NCBI GenBank assembly: GCA_910587305.1
Contig: CAJUKV010000015.1
Coordinates: 2,862-66,861 of the forward strand
Length of the DNA stretch: 64,000 nucleotides
From: an uncultured Lachnospiraceae bacterium
GTDB taxonomy: Bacteria; Bacillota; Clostridia; Lachnospirales; Lachnospiraceae
Direction of reading: 5' to 3'
The notes beneath the pieces were generated by a model, which had not been told where the DNA came from, ran no database searches, and was given only the letters and a program-made list of their open reading frames with translations. This document shows positions 50,569 through 61,659 of this stretch, one piece after another; within the stretch, counting starts at the first letter, position 1; each line of letters opens with the position of its first letter. A program made the position numbers and the translations under genes.

Positions 50569-52302
50569 TTATAATTCCAGCGACGCCCGGTAAAGACCGG
50601 CATATACGCCGCCCATATCCATCAGCTCCTTGTGGGTTCCTCTCTCACAAATGCCCTTTTCATCCAGCACCAAAATACATCCGGCCCCTAACACCGTAGA
50701 AAGACGATGGGCAATCACCAGCGTTGTGCGCTGCTTCGCCAGCCGCTCTAAAGAACGCTGCACCACCTTTTCGCTGTAGGTATCCAGAGCGCTGGTCGCC
50801 TCGTCAAAAATCAAAATCGCAGGATCTTTCAGAAATACTCTGGCGATGGACAGCCTCTGCTGCTGACCTCCCGAAAGCTTCACTCCATGGGGCCCAATGT
50901 CCGCCTCGTATCCGCCGGGAAGTTTTTCGATAAACTCATGGGCCCCCGCCTGCTTTGCCGCCGCGACAATCTCCTCACGACTTGCACCGGGACGTCCGTA
51001 AGCAATATTCTCCGCCACCGTCCCATGAAACAGATACACATCCTGCCGCACTATACCTATGTTCTTTCGCAGTGTCCCTAAGGGAAGCTTTTCCACCGGA
51101 ACGCCATCTAACAAAATCTGGCCCCTTTGAGGCTCATAAAACCGCGGTATCAGAGAGCAAAGGGTAGTCTTTCCCACCCCCGACGCCCCCACCAGAGCCA
51201 CATACTCTCCGGCCTCCACGGTCAGGTTAAGCCCACGAAACACTTCCTCGCCTTCGCCATAGCAAAAGTCCACCTGACGAAATTCCAGCCTGCCTTTGAC
51301 ATCTTTTATTTCCGTCAGCTCCGAGCCGTCCCGCACAGCCGGCTCTGTCTCCATCAGCTCCATATAACGCCGAAAGCTGCTTTTCCCTTCCTGCAAAAGC
51401 CTGCTGGTATTGACCAGACTCTGCACCGGCCCGGTAAAATAGCTGATATACAATAAAAATGCCAGTAAATCGCTTAAGGACATAGCGTCCTTTCGAACTG
51501 CCAGCCCTCCAAACACCACCACCGCAATCGGCAACAGCGCCGCAAAAGCATCCATGCCACAGTACAGCTGCGCCTCGCTGCGATAGCTTAGCCGGCGGTC
51601 AGCTAAAAACCGCCTGTTCTGCCTGGTAAACTTTTCCTCCTCTAAAGATTCGTTGGTAAAGGACTGCACCGTCCGTATCCCCGACAGCGAATCCTCCACC
51701 TGGGAATTGATACGGCCCATACTCTCTCTGGCCTGCCCCATCGCCACGCCCATCTTTTTATTAAAATACAGGGTATAAGCCAGCATAAAGGGCAAAAAAC
51801 CCAAAATGATAAGGGTGGTCTGCCTGTGAATCCGAAACAAAATCACTGTGGCTCCCACAAACTTCACACTGTTTACCAGAAGATCCTCCGGCACATGGTG
51901 AAAAAATTCCGCCAGCGACAGAGAATCGCTGGTAATGCGGGACATCAAATCTCCCACCGTATGTTCGTCATAGTAGCTGAAAGAGAGCTTCTCGCAGTGC
52001 CTGAACATCTCCCCGCGCATATCACGCTCAATCTTAGCTCCCAGGAAATGCCCCTGATAATCCCAGAAGTAATGGCAGGCCGCCTGCACCAAAACCAACG
52101 CTATCAGGCAAAGCCCTGCCTGCGCAATGCCCCCTGATCGGGCGTTCCCGCTTTCCAATAGATTGTCGGCAATGTACCGCACGCCCAAAGGCAGCACAAG
52201 GGCAATGCCGGATACCGCCAAAGCCGAAATTAAATCGGCAATAAACAAGCCCAAATAGGGCTGATAAAAAGATACTAACCTGTAAAAAACTTTTTTATGC
52301 AA
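50569..52302 (-). CDS. ABC exporter, fused permease/ATPase
   Basis: GASGVGKTT, LSGGQQQR, FDEATSALD; TTG start with RBS GGAGG. Confidence 0.92.
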   Translation of the reverse strand: MHKKVFYRLVSFYQPYLGLFIADLISALAVSGIALVLPLGVRYIADNLLESGNARSGGIAQAGLCLIALVLVQAACHYFWDYQGHFLGAKIERDMRGEMFRHCEKLSFSYYDEHTVGDLMSRITSDSLSLAEFFHHVPEDLLVNSVKFVGATVILFRIHRQTTLIILGFLPFMLAYTLYFNKKMGVAMGQARESMGRINSQVEDSLSGIRTVQSFTNESLEEEKFTRQNRRFLADRRLSYRSEAQLYCGMDAFAALLPIAVVVFGGLAVRKDAMSLSDLLAFLLYISYFTGPVQSLVNTSRLLQEGKSSFRRYMELMETEPAVRDGSELTEIKDVKGRLEFRQVDFCYGEGEEVFRGLNLTVEAGEYVALVGASGVGKTTLCSLIPRFYEPQRGQILLDGVPVEKLPLGTLRKNIGIVRQDVYLFHGTVAENIAYGRPGASREEIVAAAKQAGAHEFIEKLPGGYEADIGPHGVKLSGGQQQRLSIARVFLKDPAILIFDEATSALDTYSEKVVQRSLERLAKQRTTLVIAHRLSTVLGAGCILVLDEKGICERGTHKELMDMGGVYAGLYRASLEL

Positions 52303-52338
52303 AATTTGTTCCTCCTGATTTTGTGGGAGGAAACACGA

Positions 52339-52395
52339 TTAAATGTTTGTTTTCCTCCCGATATTTTTCATAGTATCAAATTTACGATTTTTCAT
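52339..52395 (-). CDS. Putative leader peptide (18 aa)
   Basis: RBS AAAGGAG; MKNRKFDTMKNIGRKTNI*; overlaps an anti-SD hairpin. Confidence 0.55.
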   Translation of the reverse strand: MKNRKFDTMKNIGRKTNI

Positions 52396-52445
52396 ATCTC
52401 TTTGCTCCTTTCTTTTTTATTATGAAAACTGATTCGGAGCATTTT

Positions 52446-53135
52446 TCAAATACTCTCTAACAGTCTTTCACCCAATTCTTCTACTGTTTTTACAATCACG
52501 TCAGCGCCTGCCTGTTCAAGTTCACCCGCAGCCGCATATCCATAGGACACGCCGACAGATACTATCCGGTAAGCCTTTGCACCTTCCACATCAAACTTTC
52601 GGTCGCCCACCATGGCTACGTCCTGCCGGTATGCCATATTGCCGCTCTCCTTCCCTTCCATTTCCGTTCCATGCAATAGCTGTGTCAAAGCCTCCCTGAC
52701 CACCTCGTCTTTTTGAGAACGTCTGCCGTCTAGCTCACTTCCCACAACCACTTCAAAACAGGAAAGAATTCCGAAATATTCTAAAATCTGTGTTACAAAT
52801 ACGGTTGGCTTGCTTGAAGCAACTGCCAGATGTATTCCTGCCTTTTGCAGTTTTTCAAGCATCTGCGATATCCCCGGATAAATCTCATTTTCAAATAAAC
52901 CAATTGTACGAAAACGTTCCCGATAATAGGCAACAGCCTGCTGTCCCTTTTCTCCATCTAAACCATAATAATCCCGAAAGCTGTCCAAAAGGGGAGGGCC
53001 GATAAAAGGCTCTAATTTATCTCTGTCAGGTTCTTCTATTCCCATTTTACCTAATGCATACTGCACACAGCTTGTGATCCCCAGCTTCGGGTCGGTCAGT
53101 GTTCCGTCCAAATCAAATAATATGTACCGGTACAT
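52446..53135 (-). CDS. HAD-family phosphatase (phosphoglycolate phosphatase-like)
   Basis: FDLDGTL, ASSKP, MVGDRKFD. Confidence 0.9.
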   Translation of the reverse strand: MYRYILFDLDGTLTDPKLGITSCVQYALGKMGIEEPDRDKLEPFIGPPLLDSFRDYYGLDGEKGQQAVAYYRERFRTIGLFENEIYPGISQMLEKLQKAGIHLAVASSKPTVFVTQILEYFGILSCFEVVVGSELDGRRSQKDEVVREALTQLLHGTEMEGKESGNMAYRQDVAMVGDRKFDVEGAKAYRIVSVGVSYGYAAAGELEQAGADVIVKTVEELGERLLESI

Positions 53136-53157
53136 TCATTTCCCTTTCCTTCCTGTC

Positions 53158-53487
53158 TTACCATCTTTTCATATTCCTTTTATGCTTTTCCAGATACACG
53201 CTTTTTAGTTCTTCAATTGAAATACCATAGCAAAGCATGACATCGTTAAAATACATCATCACATCCGCCATTTCCTCGATAAAGTGTCTGCGCACATCCG
53301 GCTCCTCCATAATTTTCTCGTCGCCGTCCTTCTTGATAATATCGGCAGCCTCGCCCAATTCTATTAACAGCCACAAAAGCTGCTCGCGCCCGGTTTGGGG
53401 CGATAAAGGCTTCCATTTCTCCTTATATTTTTCCTGTAGTTCTTTTTGTATCTCCTGCATCTGCAAGAATCCGAAGTCTTCCATCAT
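53158..53487 (-). CDS. MazG-like nucleotide pyrophosphohydrolase
   Basis: ELGEAADIIKK...EEMADV. Confidence 0.8.
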   Translation of the reverse strand: MMEDFGFLQMQEIQKELQEKYKEKWKPLSPQTGREQLLWLLIELGEAADIIKKDGDEKIMEEPDVRRHFIEEMADVMMYFNDVMLCYGISIEELKSVYLEKHKRNMKRW

Positions 53488-53580
53488 AATCCCCCTTAGA
53501 TCAGACAGGAATGCCTGCGCGCAGGGTGCGTGCTGCAAAGCAACTTTCCCTACGCACTTCTGAGCATAAAACACAAGAAT

Positions 53581-54861
53581 TTATTTTTCATAAAATTTCT
53601 TAAGAACCCGCACCAGATATTCCACATCCCTGCTTCCGGCTGTTTCCACCGCCGAGTGCATGGCAAGCTGGGCAAGGCCGATATCTGCGGATGAAACGGA
53701 AACCTGACCGGCGGAAACGTTGCCCAGGGTTGAGCCCCCTTCTATATCGGAGCGATTGTGATAATCCTGATAAGGAACGTCCGCCGTGGTACAAAGATAC
53801 TTCATATAAGCTTCCGAAAAGCCGTCTGTGGTATATCTTTGTCCGCCGTGATGTTTTATCACGATGCCGCCGTTTAACACCGGCCGGTTTACCGGGTCTG
53901 CCTTTTCCGGATGGTTTGGGTGAAGGGCGTGGGCATTGTCGGCGGAAATCATGAAGCTGTCCGCCAAAAGTCTCAGGTAATCGCCCCCTGTTTTGCCAAG
54001 ACCTTCCCCGATTCTTTCTAAGGTGTCCCTCAAAAAGGTGGACGCAGCGCCCTCTCTTGTGTGATTTCCCACTTCCTCGTGATTGAAAACAACGCAAATG
54101 TTGCAATAGTCTTTAGGTTTTGCCGCAATCACAGCCTCCGTGGAAGCAAAGACGCATTCCAGATCATCCAGCCGAGGAGAAATCATGAGTTCTTTTTCCG
54201 CTCCTGCCAGTTTTCCCTTTTCCCTCACATACAAGAACAGGTCGCTCCCTAAAATTTCCTCCTCTTTTACGCCTGCAAGATGCGAAAGCTTTTCTTTTAG
54301 CTTCCCCTTTGTCTTTGGGCTACCCATTAAAGGGAGCAAATCCGTCTGTATATTCAGCTCCACGCCTTTGTTGATATTCCGGTTCATGTGAATGGCAAGA
54401 TTGGGAATCACAAGAAGATCCTCGTCTATCTTCACATTAACCGCCCGAAGCCCGTCTTTGCCGGCGCACACCACTCTGCCGGCCACCGAAAGGCATCTGT
54501 CAAACCAGGTAGACTGTATCATACCGCCATACCCCTCCACATTGAGTCTGAGGTACTTATCCTCCGGCGTCATCTCAGGGTTGGTCTTTATTTTAAAGCA
54601 GGGGGAATCGCTGTGGGAGGCGACCATATGGAAGCCTTTGATTTCGGAATCCGGAATTTTGAAAGCAGCCAGAGAAGAACCGCCCCTCTTTACGTAATAA
54701 CTCCCTCCCGGCACAATTTTCCATGGATCTTTTTCATCCAACTGCACAAAGCCGCTTTCTATAAGCCGCTTTTCCACTTGCTCCACCGCATGATAGCAGC
54801 TGACGCTTCCATCAATAAACGTAAGGCATTTTTCAGCCCACTCCAAATTTTCTCTCTCCAT
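53581..54861 (-). CDS. M18 family aminopeptidase
   Basis: SHSDSP, RLDDL, HEEVG, SADNAH, AMHS. Confidence 0.93.
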   Translation of the reverse strand: MERENLEWAEKCLTFIDGSVSCYHAVEQVEKRLIESGFVQLDEKDPWKIVPGGSYYVKRGGSSLAAFKIPDSEIKGFHMVASHSDSPCFKIKTNPEMTPEDKYLRLNVEGYGGMIQSTWFDRCLSVAGRVVCAGKDGLRAVNVKIDEDLLVIPNLAIHMNRNINKGVELNIQTDLLPLMGSPKTKGKLKEKLSHLAGVKEEEILGSDLFLYVREKGKLAGAEKELMISPRLDDLECVFASTEAVIAAKPKDYCNICVVFNHEEVGNHTREGAASTFLRDTLERIGEGLGKTGGDYLRLLADSFMISADNAHALHPNHPEKADPVNRPVLNGGIVIKHHGGQRYTTDGFSEAYMKYLCTTADVPYQDYHNRSDIEGGSTLGNVSAGQVSVSSADIGLAQLAMHSAVETAGSRDVEYLVRVLKKFYEK

Positions 54862-55129
54862 TATACTGTTCCCTCTTATTTCATTTTGTCCCTATGGTTC
54901 AAGTGAACATGCTCGCATGCTCATTTGAACCCCAAATCAAGGTTGAAAGATTCTTCTTCAACCTTAAACTTCACTGTTAGTTTACTGTTTTAAACCATAT
55001 TGCCAAGCCCATATTCCGGCGGCAGTCGCCAATTGTTCGGGCAAACCTGTCCGTTTTTTCCCGCCGGAAGGAAAAGGCTGCACACCCTATGGTATACAGC
55101 CTGAACATTCTTCCATAAATTATACGCGC

Positions 55130-56344
55130 TTATTTCTTTTGTAAGAAAGACGGAATATCCAAATGCTTGTCCACTACATTGCTCCTAATCTCTCCGGGAT
55201 TGGTAATTCCCTGCACGGGCCTGTGGGGTACCGGCGTCTGATTTTGGCCTGCAAGCGTATTTTGCATAGTATTCGCACCGCTCACCGGGGCGCCCGCGCC
55301 CGTATTTCGAATGGTGATATTAGGCGTCACAGGCTTCATATACTTATTGGTAAAAGCGCTGTGCGGGGAAATCGGCTTATTAGTAGGTAAGGTAGCGTCC
55401 TCTAAGCCTGTGGCAATTACCGTAATACGGCAGCTGTCCCCCTGGGATTCATCGTACATAGCGCCAAAGATGATGTTCACTTCATCCCCTGCCAGCTCCT
55501 GCACGTAGCTTGCCGCATCCGATGCGTCGGCCAGTGTAATATCCCCGGATACATTGATAATCACATGGGTTGCACCGGAAATAGTAGTCTCGAGCAGCGG
55601 ACTTTCCACCGCCATCTTAACGGCTTCGCTTGCCTTATCGTCTCCCTTGCCGGTACCAATGCCGATGTGGGCGATTCCCTTATCTTTCATAACCGTCTGT
55701 ACGTCTGCAAAGTCAAGGTTAATAACGGCGGGAACGTTGATCAGGTCAGTGATTCCCTGCACTGCCTGTTGAAGCACCTCATCCGCCTTCTTAAGGGCGT
55801 CGGGCATAGTCGTCCTTCTGTCCACAATTTCCAGCAATTTATCATTGGGAATTACAATCAAGGTATCGACATTATCCTTAATCTTCTCAATGCCGCTAAG
55901 AGCATTCACCATACGGGCTTTTGCCTCAAAACGGAAAGGTTTGGTCACAACCCCTACCGTCAATATCCCCATATCTTTTGCCAGCTTGGCAACAACGGGG
56001 GCCGCACCGGTTCCGGTTCCGCCTCCCATACCGCAGGTTACAAACACCATATCCGCGCCTCTAAGGACCGCCGCAATCTCCTCGCTGCTCTCCTCGGCCG
56101 CTTTTTCTCCGATTTCAGGCTTTGCCCCCGCGCCGAGTCCTTTGGTCAGTTTTTCGCCAATCTGTAACAGCTTTGGCGCCCTGCAAAGCTGCAGCGCCTG
56201 CTTGTCCGTATTGATACCAATAAATTCAACTCCTGTGATACTCTCGTCTACCATTCTATTTACAGCGTTGTTACCTGCACCGCCTACACCGATTACTATG
56301 ATCTTGGCAGCAGATTCAGCGTCGTTTGTCTTTATTTCCAGCAA
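55130..56344 (-). CDS. ftsZ: Cell division protein FtsZ
   Basis: GGGTGTG, NLDFAD, C-terminal DIPSFL; TTG start with RBS GGAGG. Confidence 0.98.
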   Translation of the reverse strand: MLEIKTNDAESAAKIIVIGVGGAGNNAVNRMVDESITGVEFIGINTDKQALQLCRAPKLLQIGEKLTKGLGAGAKPEIGEKAAEESSEEIAAVLRGADMVFVTCGMGGGTGTGAAPVVAKLAKDMGILTVGVVTKPFRFEAKARMVNALSGIEKIKDNVDTLIVIPNDKLLEIVDRRTTMPDALKKADEVLQQAVQGITDLINVPAVINLDFADVQTVMKDKGIAHIGIGTGKGDDKASEAVKMAVESPLLETTISGATHVIINVSGDITLADASDAASYVQELAGDEVNIIFGAMYDESQGDSCRITVIATGLEDATLPTNKPISPHSAFTNKYMKPVTPNITIRNTGAGAPVSGANTMQNTLAGQNQTPVPHRPVQGITNPGEIRSNVVDKHLDIPSFLQKK

Positions 56345-56491
56345 GGTATTTCCTCCTTCACCATTCCACAATCAAAATTACCCATAATTATACCAGCTTA
56401 TTAAACTCATATAGATTATCATATAATTTTTTCTTTAAATGCGCAACTAGAAATTTTAAAAACTTTTTTTTATTTTATTTTAAACGTTTCT

Positions 56492-57325
56492 TCATCCTTC
56501 TGCATCCTCCGCCGGCTCAAATGAAGTATTCTTTGTTCCCTCCGTATAGCTTTCCATCCGCAAAGTACCTTTCCTTCCGTTAAGCTCGGGCAGCATATAC
56601 TGCAGTCCCATCATTTTTTCATCCAGATTCTCTCCGGTTCCAAGGGCTACCTTCACATTCTCAAAATACAATGTAAGGGAACCGTCGCTGCCAAAATAAA
56701 TTCTGTCTGTCACCAGATTATATTTATTGACAAGCTGGGTAATATTTAAAATGGATTGAAAAATCCCCGGATCTTCCACGGGAAGCGGCTCATACAAAAC
56801 CACATGGTCAAAATGAAGTCCTGTCACAAGCGGCACTCCTTCCGTCTTTTCAAAGGAGCTCTCCACCACAATACCATCCTTATCAAAGTACATATATCTT
56901 TCCAGATACTCCACATACCCTGCCAGCGCCTTTTCATAAACCTCAATTTTGATCGTATGTGGATTCAGCACGGAAACGTCTATCTTTTCCACAAAGGGAA
57001 CCCCCGTAATACTCTTGTCCTTGTATTTCAAAGATAAAAGAAGGGAATTATTCCCATAATACCCTTCCATTACCATGTCTATGATCTCATCATTGGTATA
57101 ATGGACCGCCCCCTCCACATATACCGTGGTAACCGAGTAGTTTGTAATAATATAAGAATACGCCGCCGACAGACCAAACACAAGGGCCAAAAGCATCCCT
57201 CCTATAATAAACAGGCTTTTATGATTCCTAAAATAAGCCCCCGGATCCTGCGCCCTGCGGCTTACGGGCGGCACCGCTTTAAACCTGTCGGTCTGTTTGT
57301 TTTTTTTCTGTTTCACCTTCGCCAT
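56492..57325 (-). CDS. ftsQ: Cell division protein FtsQ/DivIB
   Basis: One TM followed by a POTRA-like region; position upstream of ftsZ. Confidence 0.8.
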   Translation of the reverse strand: MAKVKQKKNKQTDRFKAVPPVSRRAQDPGAYFRNHKSLFIIGGMLLALVFGLSAAYSYIITNYSVTTVYVEGAVHYTNDEIIDMVMEGYYGNNSLLLSLKYKDKSITGVPFVEKIDVSVLNPHTIKIEVYEKALAGYVEYLERYMYFDKDGIVVESSFEKTEGVPLVTGLHFDHVVLYEPLPVEDPGIFQSILNITQLVNKYNLVTDRIYFGSDGSLTLYFENVKVALGTGENLDEKMMGLQYMLPELNGRKGTLRMESYTEGTKNTSFEPAEDAEG

Positions 57326-57469
57326 AAAATCTCATACCCAGTGTGTTTTCTTAAAAGCATAACCATTCATCCTTCGGCTTGCTACATTTATCCCATTCAA
57401 ACATAGCTTGGGGCATGGTTGAAACAGTCCCCCTGCTATGAAAGGAATCCCTGAAAAGCAAATCGTCTC

Positions 57470-58723
57470 TTACTTCGAAAATATATGAACGCCTAAATTC
57501 CGGTAATCTCTGCAAATATCTTCATATCCCCGCTCAATAAAATGGCAGTTTTTCACCACTGTCTCCCCAAGGGCCATGCTCCCGGCAATTACAAGGGCCG
57601 CTCCTCCCCTAAGTTCCTCGGCTGCCACCTCGCATCCTAAAAGACTGTCCACACCTTGAATTACCGCCTGGCGCCTTCCTTTTAGCTCAATGCGGGCCCC
57701 CATCTTCCGGAGAGATTCCACAATCCGAAAGCGGTTTTCAAAAATAGTTTCCTCAATAATACTCTTCCCCTCACAGGTAGATAAAACCGCCATAAGCGGA
57801 GACTGCATATCCGTAGGAAATCCGGGATAAATTTCCGTCTTAATGTACGGAATCGGCTTTTTGTACTCTTTTGCAATGATATTAAGCCCTTCTCTGGTCA
57901 CATGGATTTCCGCGCCGATCTCCTCCGCCACCCGAAGCATACTCCGCATCTGGGCCACAGGCGCATCTTCCAAAAAAATATGTCCCCCCGCGCCAAGCAC
58001 GCTCATAAGATAGGTTCCCGCTACAATGCGGTCGGCGGGCACCCTGAATCTGACGCCATGAAGCCTGTGTCCGCCCTGTATGATCAGCACGGAACCGCCT
58101 ATCCCTTCAATCACCGCTCCTGCTTCCCGCAAAAATTCACATAAAGTCACAATCTCCGGCTCCTTGGCAGCATTTTGGATGACCGTCACTCCTTTTGCCA
58201 TGACAGCCGCTAAGAGCACATTTTCGGTGGTTCCCACGCTGGAAACAGGGAGTCTTATCACCGCGCCCTCAAGGGTCTTTGCCCTGGCAGTGAAGCAGCC
58301 CTCTTTTTCATAAATTGCCACTCCCATCCTCCGCAGAGCATTTAAATGCATATCTATGGGCCGCTCCCCAATCACACATCCGCCCGGATAAGCCATTGTC
58401 ACTTCCCCTATCCTGCCAAGCATGGCTCCTAACAGCGTGATAGAAGAACGCATCCCTGTAACATGGTCCCCGGACATCGTGTCTTCCAATATATTTCTGG
58501 CGTCAATGGTCAGCGTTCCATTCGACCAGACTGCCTTACATCCTATACTTTCCAAAAGCTGCTGCATATGATATACGTCTGAAATATGGGGGCAGTTTTC
58601 TATCATACAGACATCCTTTATCAAAAGGGCGGCCGCCATCACCGGCAGCACCGCATTTTTGGATCCCTGTATTTTCGTTTCTCCAAAAAGAGCATTTCCT
58701 CCTAAAATATGAATAGCATCCAA
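57470..58723 (-). CDS. murA: UDP-N-acetylglucosamine 1-carboxyvinyltransferase
   Basis: GSKNAVLP, PGGCVIGERP, YPGFPTDMQ, IERGYE. Confidence 0.93.
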   Translation of the reverse strand: MDAIHILGGNALFGETKIQGSKNAVLPVMAAALLIKDVCMIENCPHISDVYHMQQLLESIGCKAVWSNGTLTIDARNILEDTMSGDHVTGMRSSITLLGAMLGRIGEVTMAYPGGCVIGERPIDMHLNALRRMGVAIYEKEGCFTARAKTLEGAVIRLPVSSVGTTENVLLAAVMAKGVTVIQNAAKEPEIVTLCEFLREAGAVIEGIGGSVLIIQGGHRLHGVRFRVPADRIVAGTYLMSVLGAGGHIFLEDAPVAQMRSMLRVAEEIGAEIHVTREGLNIIAKEYKKPIPYIKTEIYPGFPTDMQSPLMAVLSTCEGKSIIEETIFENRFRIVESLRKMGARIELKGRRQAVIQGVDSLLGCEVAAEELRGGAALVIAGSMALGETVVKNCHFIERGYEDICRDYRNLGVHIFSK

Positions 58724-58801
58724 ATTTTCACCATCTGCCTTCCGGTTTCAAAAGTTAGACCTATTCTACTATATGTACGCCATAAGAAAATGCATCTTGT
58801 A

Positions 58802-59983
58802 CTATAAATCTTTGAGTCGTATTCCCTTTCCCACACTTAGGACAATCCCTATTTCCACCAGAAGGAAAAGGACGGAAGTGCCTCCATAGCTGATAAAGGG
58901 GAGGGAAATTCCCGTATTGGGAATGGTGTTGGTTACCACCGCCACATTCAAGATAACCTGTATGGCAATATGCCCCATCACCCCGACCACCAAAAGCGCG
59001 CCGAACAAATCGGAGGCATTATTGGCAATCACCATAAACCGCCATATCAGCAGCACAAACATCAGTAAAATGGAAATAGCCCCAAATAAACCCAGCTCCT
59101 CACAGATAATGGAAAAAATCATGTCGTTCTGGGCCTCCGGAATGAATCCAAGCTTCTGCATGCTCTGCCCTAAACCCTTTCCGAGTATACCGCCTGAGCC
59201 TATGGCATAAAGCGCCTGCAGGGTCTGAAACCCTTTGCCGCTGGCATATGCCTCCGGGTCAAGCCAGGCTAAGATACGGGTTCCGCGCACGCCCAAAGTG
59301 TCGGAGTCAGCCGCATTTACAATCACAAACACGGCCAGGGCGCAGACGGCAATCCCCAAAAGGCCCAGTAGAATAAATCGTTTATAGTCAGGACATGATA
59401 CAAAAAGCATCAGCACTGCGATTCCAAGTATGATAATCGCCGAGCTCATATTTTCCGTGATCTTCCACACCAGAAGGCATACCGGCATGGGAATCATCAG
59501 CACAATGAAAAAACCTTTTCCGCTCCTTATTTTTCGCCCCATCCTGCAAATCAGGCTGGCCAAACACAAAATCATGCCTATCTTGGCAATCTCCGCAGGC
59601 TGAACGGATATACCTGCTATTTTAAGCCATCTCTTAGCGCCGTTCGCCTCCACCCCAAAAGGAATGATCAGCAAAATCAATATGATAGATGTAATATAAC
59701 CCATTGCCGCAAACCGCTCCCAAAAATGATAGGGAATATTGGCAACCACAATCATAGCCGCAAGACCCACAACAGTGGACGACGCCTGCCTTTTCAAAAA
59801 AAAGGCAGGATCCGGGTTTTTTAATGTGCTTCCTTCGTAAGAGCTGGAGGAATACAGCATAACCAGTCCAAAGGCTAACAGAAACAGAACGATAAATAAC
59901 AGCGTATAATCAAAAAAAGATTCCTCCTGCTTTTTTACCCGCCCTCTATGATTGTTCTGGTATCTTCTTTCTGCCACAATCAT
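58802..59983 (-). CDS. ftsW: SEDS protein FtsW/SpoVE
   Basis: NGAKRW, QPAEIAK, PEAQNDMIF, LPFISYGG. Confidence 0.9.
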   Translation of the reverse strand: MIVAERRYQNNHRGRVKKQEESFFDYTLLFIVLFLLAFGLVMLYSSSSYEGSTLKNPDPAFFLKRQASSTVVGLAAMIVVANIPYHFWERFAAMGYITSIILILLIIPFGVEANGAKRWLKIAGISVQPAEIAKIGMILCLASLICRMGRKIRSGKGFFIVLMIPMPVCLLVWKITENMSSAIIILGIAVLMLFVSCPDYKRFILLGLLGIAVCALAVFVIVNAADSDTLGVRGTRILAWLDPEAYASGKGFQTLQALYAIGSGGILGKGLGQSMQKLGFIPEAQNDMIFSIICEELGLFGAISILLMFVLLIWRFMVIANNASDLFGALLVVGVMGHIAIQVILNVAVVTNTIPNTGISLPFISYGGTSVLFLLVEIGIVLSVGKGIRLKDL

Positions 59984-60031
59984 TTAATCCAAACCCTCCA
60001 TACCGGTGCAAACAGCCTGATAAATTTGCCG

Positions 60032-61462
60032 TCAGGGCATTTTCGCAACTAACTCTTTGAACACTTTCCCCCGCACCTCATAATTAGGGAACATCCCCCA
60101 GCTTGCACAGGCCGGGGACAAAAGCACCGCATCCCCTGCAGCCGCCTGGGCCACGCATGCATCAAAAGCTTCCTCGAAGGTATCCGCCAGGATGATATTG
60201 GAAAGCCCATGTTCTTTCGCGCACCTTGCAATCTTTTCCCGGGTCTCCCCTACCAGCACCAGAGCTTTCACCTTTCCCTCAAAGGCTTCAATCCATTCGT
60301 CATACCTGCTTCCCTTATCATAGCCGCCCCCTAAAAGCACTGTGGGCTTTGTCATAGCGCGTATTCCCTGGATTGCCGCATCCGGATTAGTCCCTTTGGA
60401 ATCATTATAATAATCCACCCCGCCCCTGGTGTCAACAAATTCTATTCTGTGCTCTACCGGCGCAAATACCCGTATGGTTTCAAGAATAACCTCCATGGGG
60501 ACCGAAAGCGCATGGCAAATGCCGATGGCGGCCATCACATTTTCCACATTGCACATTCCCACAAGCCTCATATCATGTATATTCATAAGCCTGCGTACTT
60601 TTCTCCCATCCAAGGATGTCTTAAATGTATTTTGGGATATATCCCAAGATGTATGCAAAGACGTATCGCCGGATGTACATTCCGCCAGGCAGATTTCCTC
60701 GCCGTCAAGGTAAATTCCTTCCTTAAGCTTTCTTTTGGAAGAAAAAAACACCACCTTTGCAGGACATCTTTCTCCAAAATCCCTGGTATAGGCGTCTTCA
60801 TAGTTTAATACGCATACGTCGTCCTTCGTCTGGTTTTCGGCTATTCTTTCTTTTGTTTTTACATAACATTCCATGGTGTGATGCCGGTTTAAATGATCCG
60901 GCGTGATATTTAAAATGGCGGATACATCAGGCCTAAAAGAATGGATGGTTTCCAACTGAAAACTGCTGATTTCCGCAGCCGTCACACTCGCCTCCTCCGT
61001 ATCAAGAGCAATATCCGTATAGGGATTTCCAATATTTCCCACCACATACGTGCAAGCATAATGCGCTGCTAAAATCTGCCCTGTTAAAGCGGTGGTGGTG
61101 GTTTTTCCATTGGTTCCCGTGATTGCCGCTATTTTCCCCTTTGCAAAGGCATAGGCCAGCTCGATTTCTCCCCACACGGGAATATTTCTGTTCCTGTATT
61201 CTGCTAAGAAGGGAGCGTCCACCGGCACACCGGGGCTTATCACCACAAGAGAAATTTCCCTTTTTACATCATCCGGCAATGTGCCAACCCAAACCGCAAG
61301 CTGCGGTATCTCCCCTGCTTTTTCCGTCAGTTCTTTTTTATCCAGCTTTTCGTTGCTGTCAAACAGCACCGGAAAAGCGCCTGTCTTTCCCAGCAGCCGG
61401 GACGCGCCGATTCCGCTTTTTCCGCTTCCCACCACCAGAACCTTTTTACCCTGCAATTCCAT
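60032..61462 (-). CDS. murD: UDP-MurNAc-L-Ala:D-Glu ligase
   Basis: ITGTNGKTT, EISSFQL, DHLNRH, NDSKGTN, LSPACAS. Confidence 0.96.
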   Translation of the reverse strand: MELQGKKVLVVGSGKSGIGASRLLGKTGAFPVLFDSNEKLDKKELTEKAGEIPQLAVWVGTLPDDVKREISLVVISPGVPVDAPFLAEYRNRNIPVWGEIELAYAFAKGKIAAITGTNGKTTTTALTGQILAAHYACTYVVGNIGNPYTDIALDTEEASVTAAEISSFQLETIHSFRPDVSAILNITPDHLNRHHTMECYVKTKERIAENQTKDDVCVLNYEDAYTRDFGERCPAKVVFFSSKRKLKEGIYLDGEEICLAECTSGDTSLHTSWDISQNTFKTSLDGRKVRRLMNIHDMRLVGMCNVENVMAAIGICHALSVPMEVILETIRVFAPVEHRIEFVDTRGGVDYYNDSKGTNPDAAIQGIRAMTKPTVLLGGGYDKGSRYDEWIEAFEGKVKALVLVGETREKIARCAKEHGLSNIILADTFEEAFDACVAQAAAGDAVLLSPACASWGMFPNYEVRGKVFKELVAKMP

Positions 61463-61659
61463 GTAAATCCTCCGTTTCTGTTAATGGGACCGTTGCAAAA
61501 AACAGATTCATACCATAGATAGCCTCCATCCCCCAAAGAGTTGGATACCTATTGTAAAACCGATGTGTTTTGCAACATCCCCTTACGTATACCGCCTTTA
61601 AAATCCTTATCCGTATATCAATATCATCAAAAGCATCAACCTGTAAATATATTTCCGGT

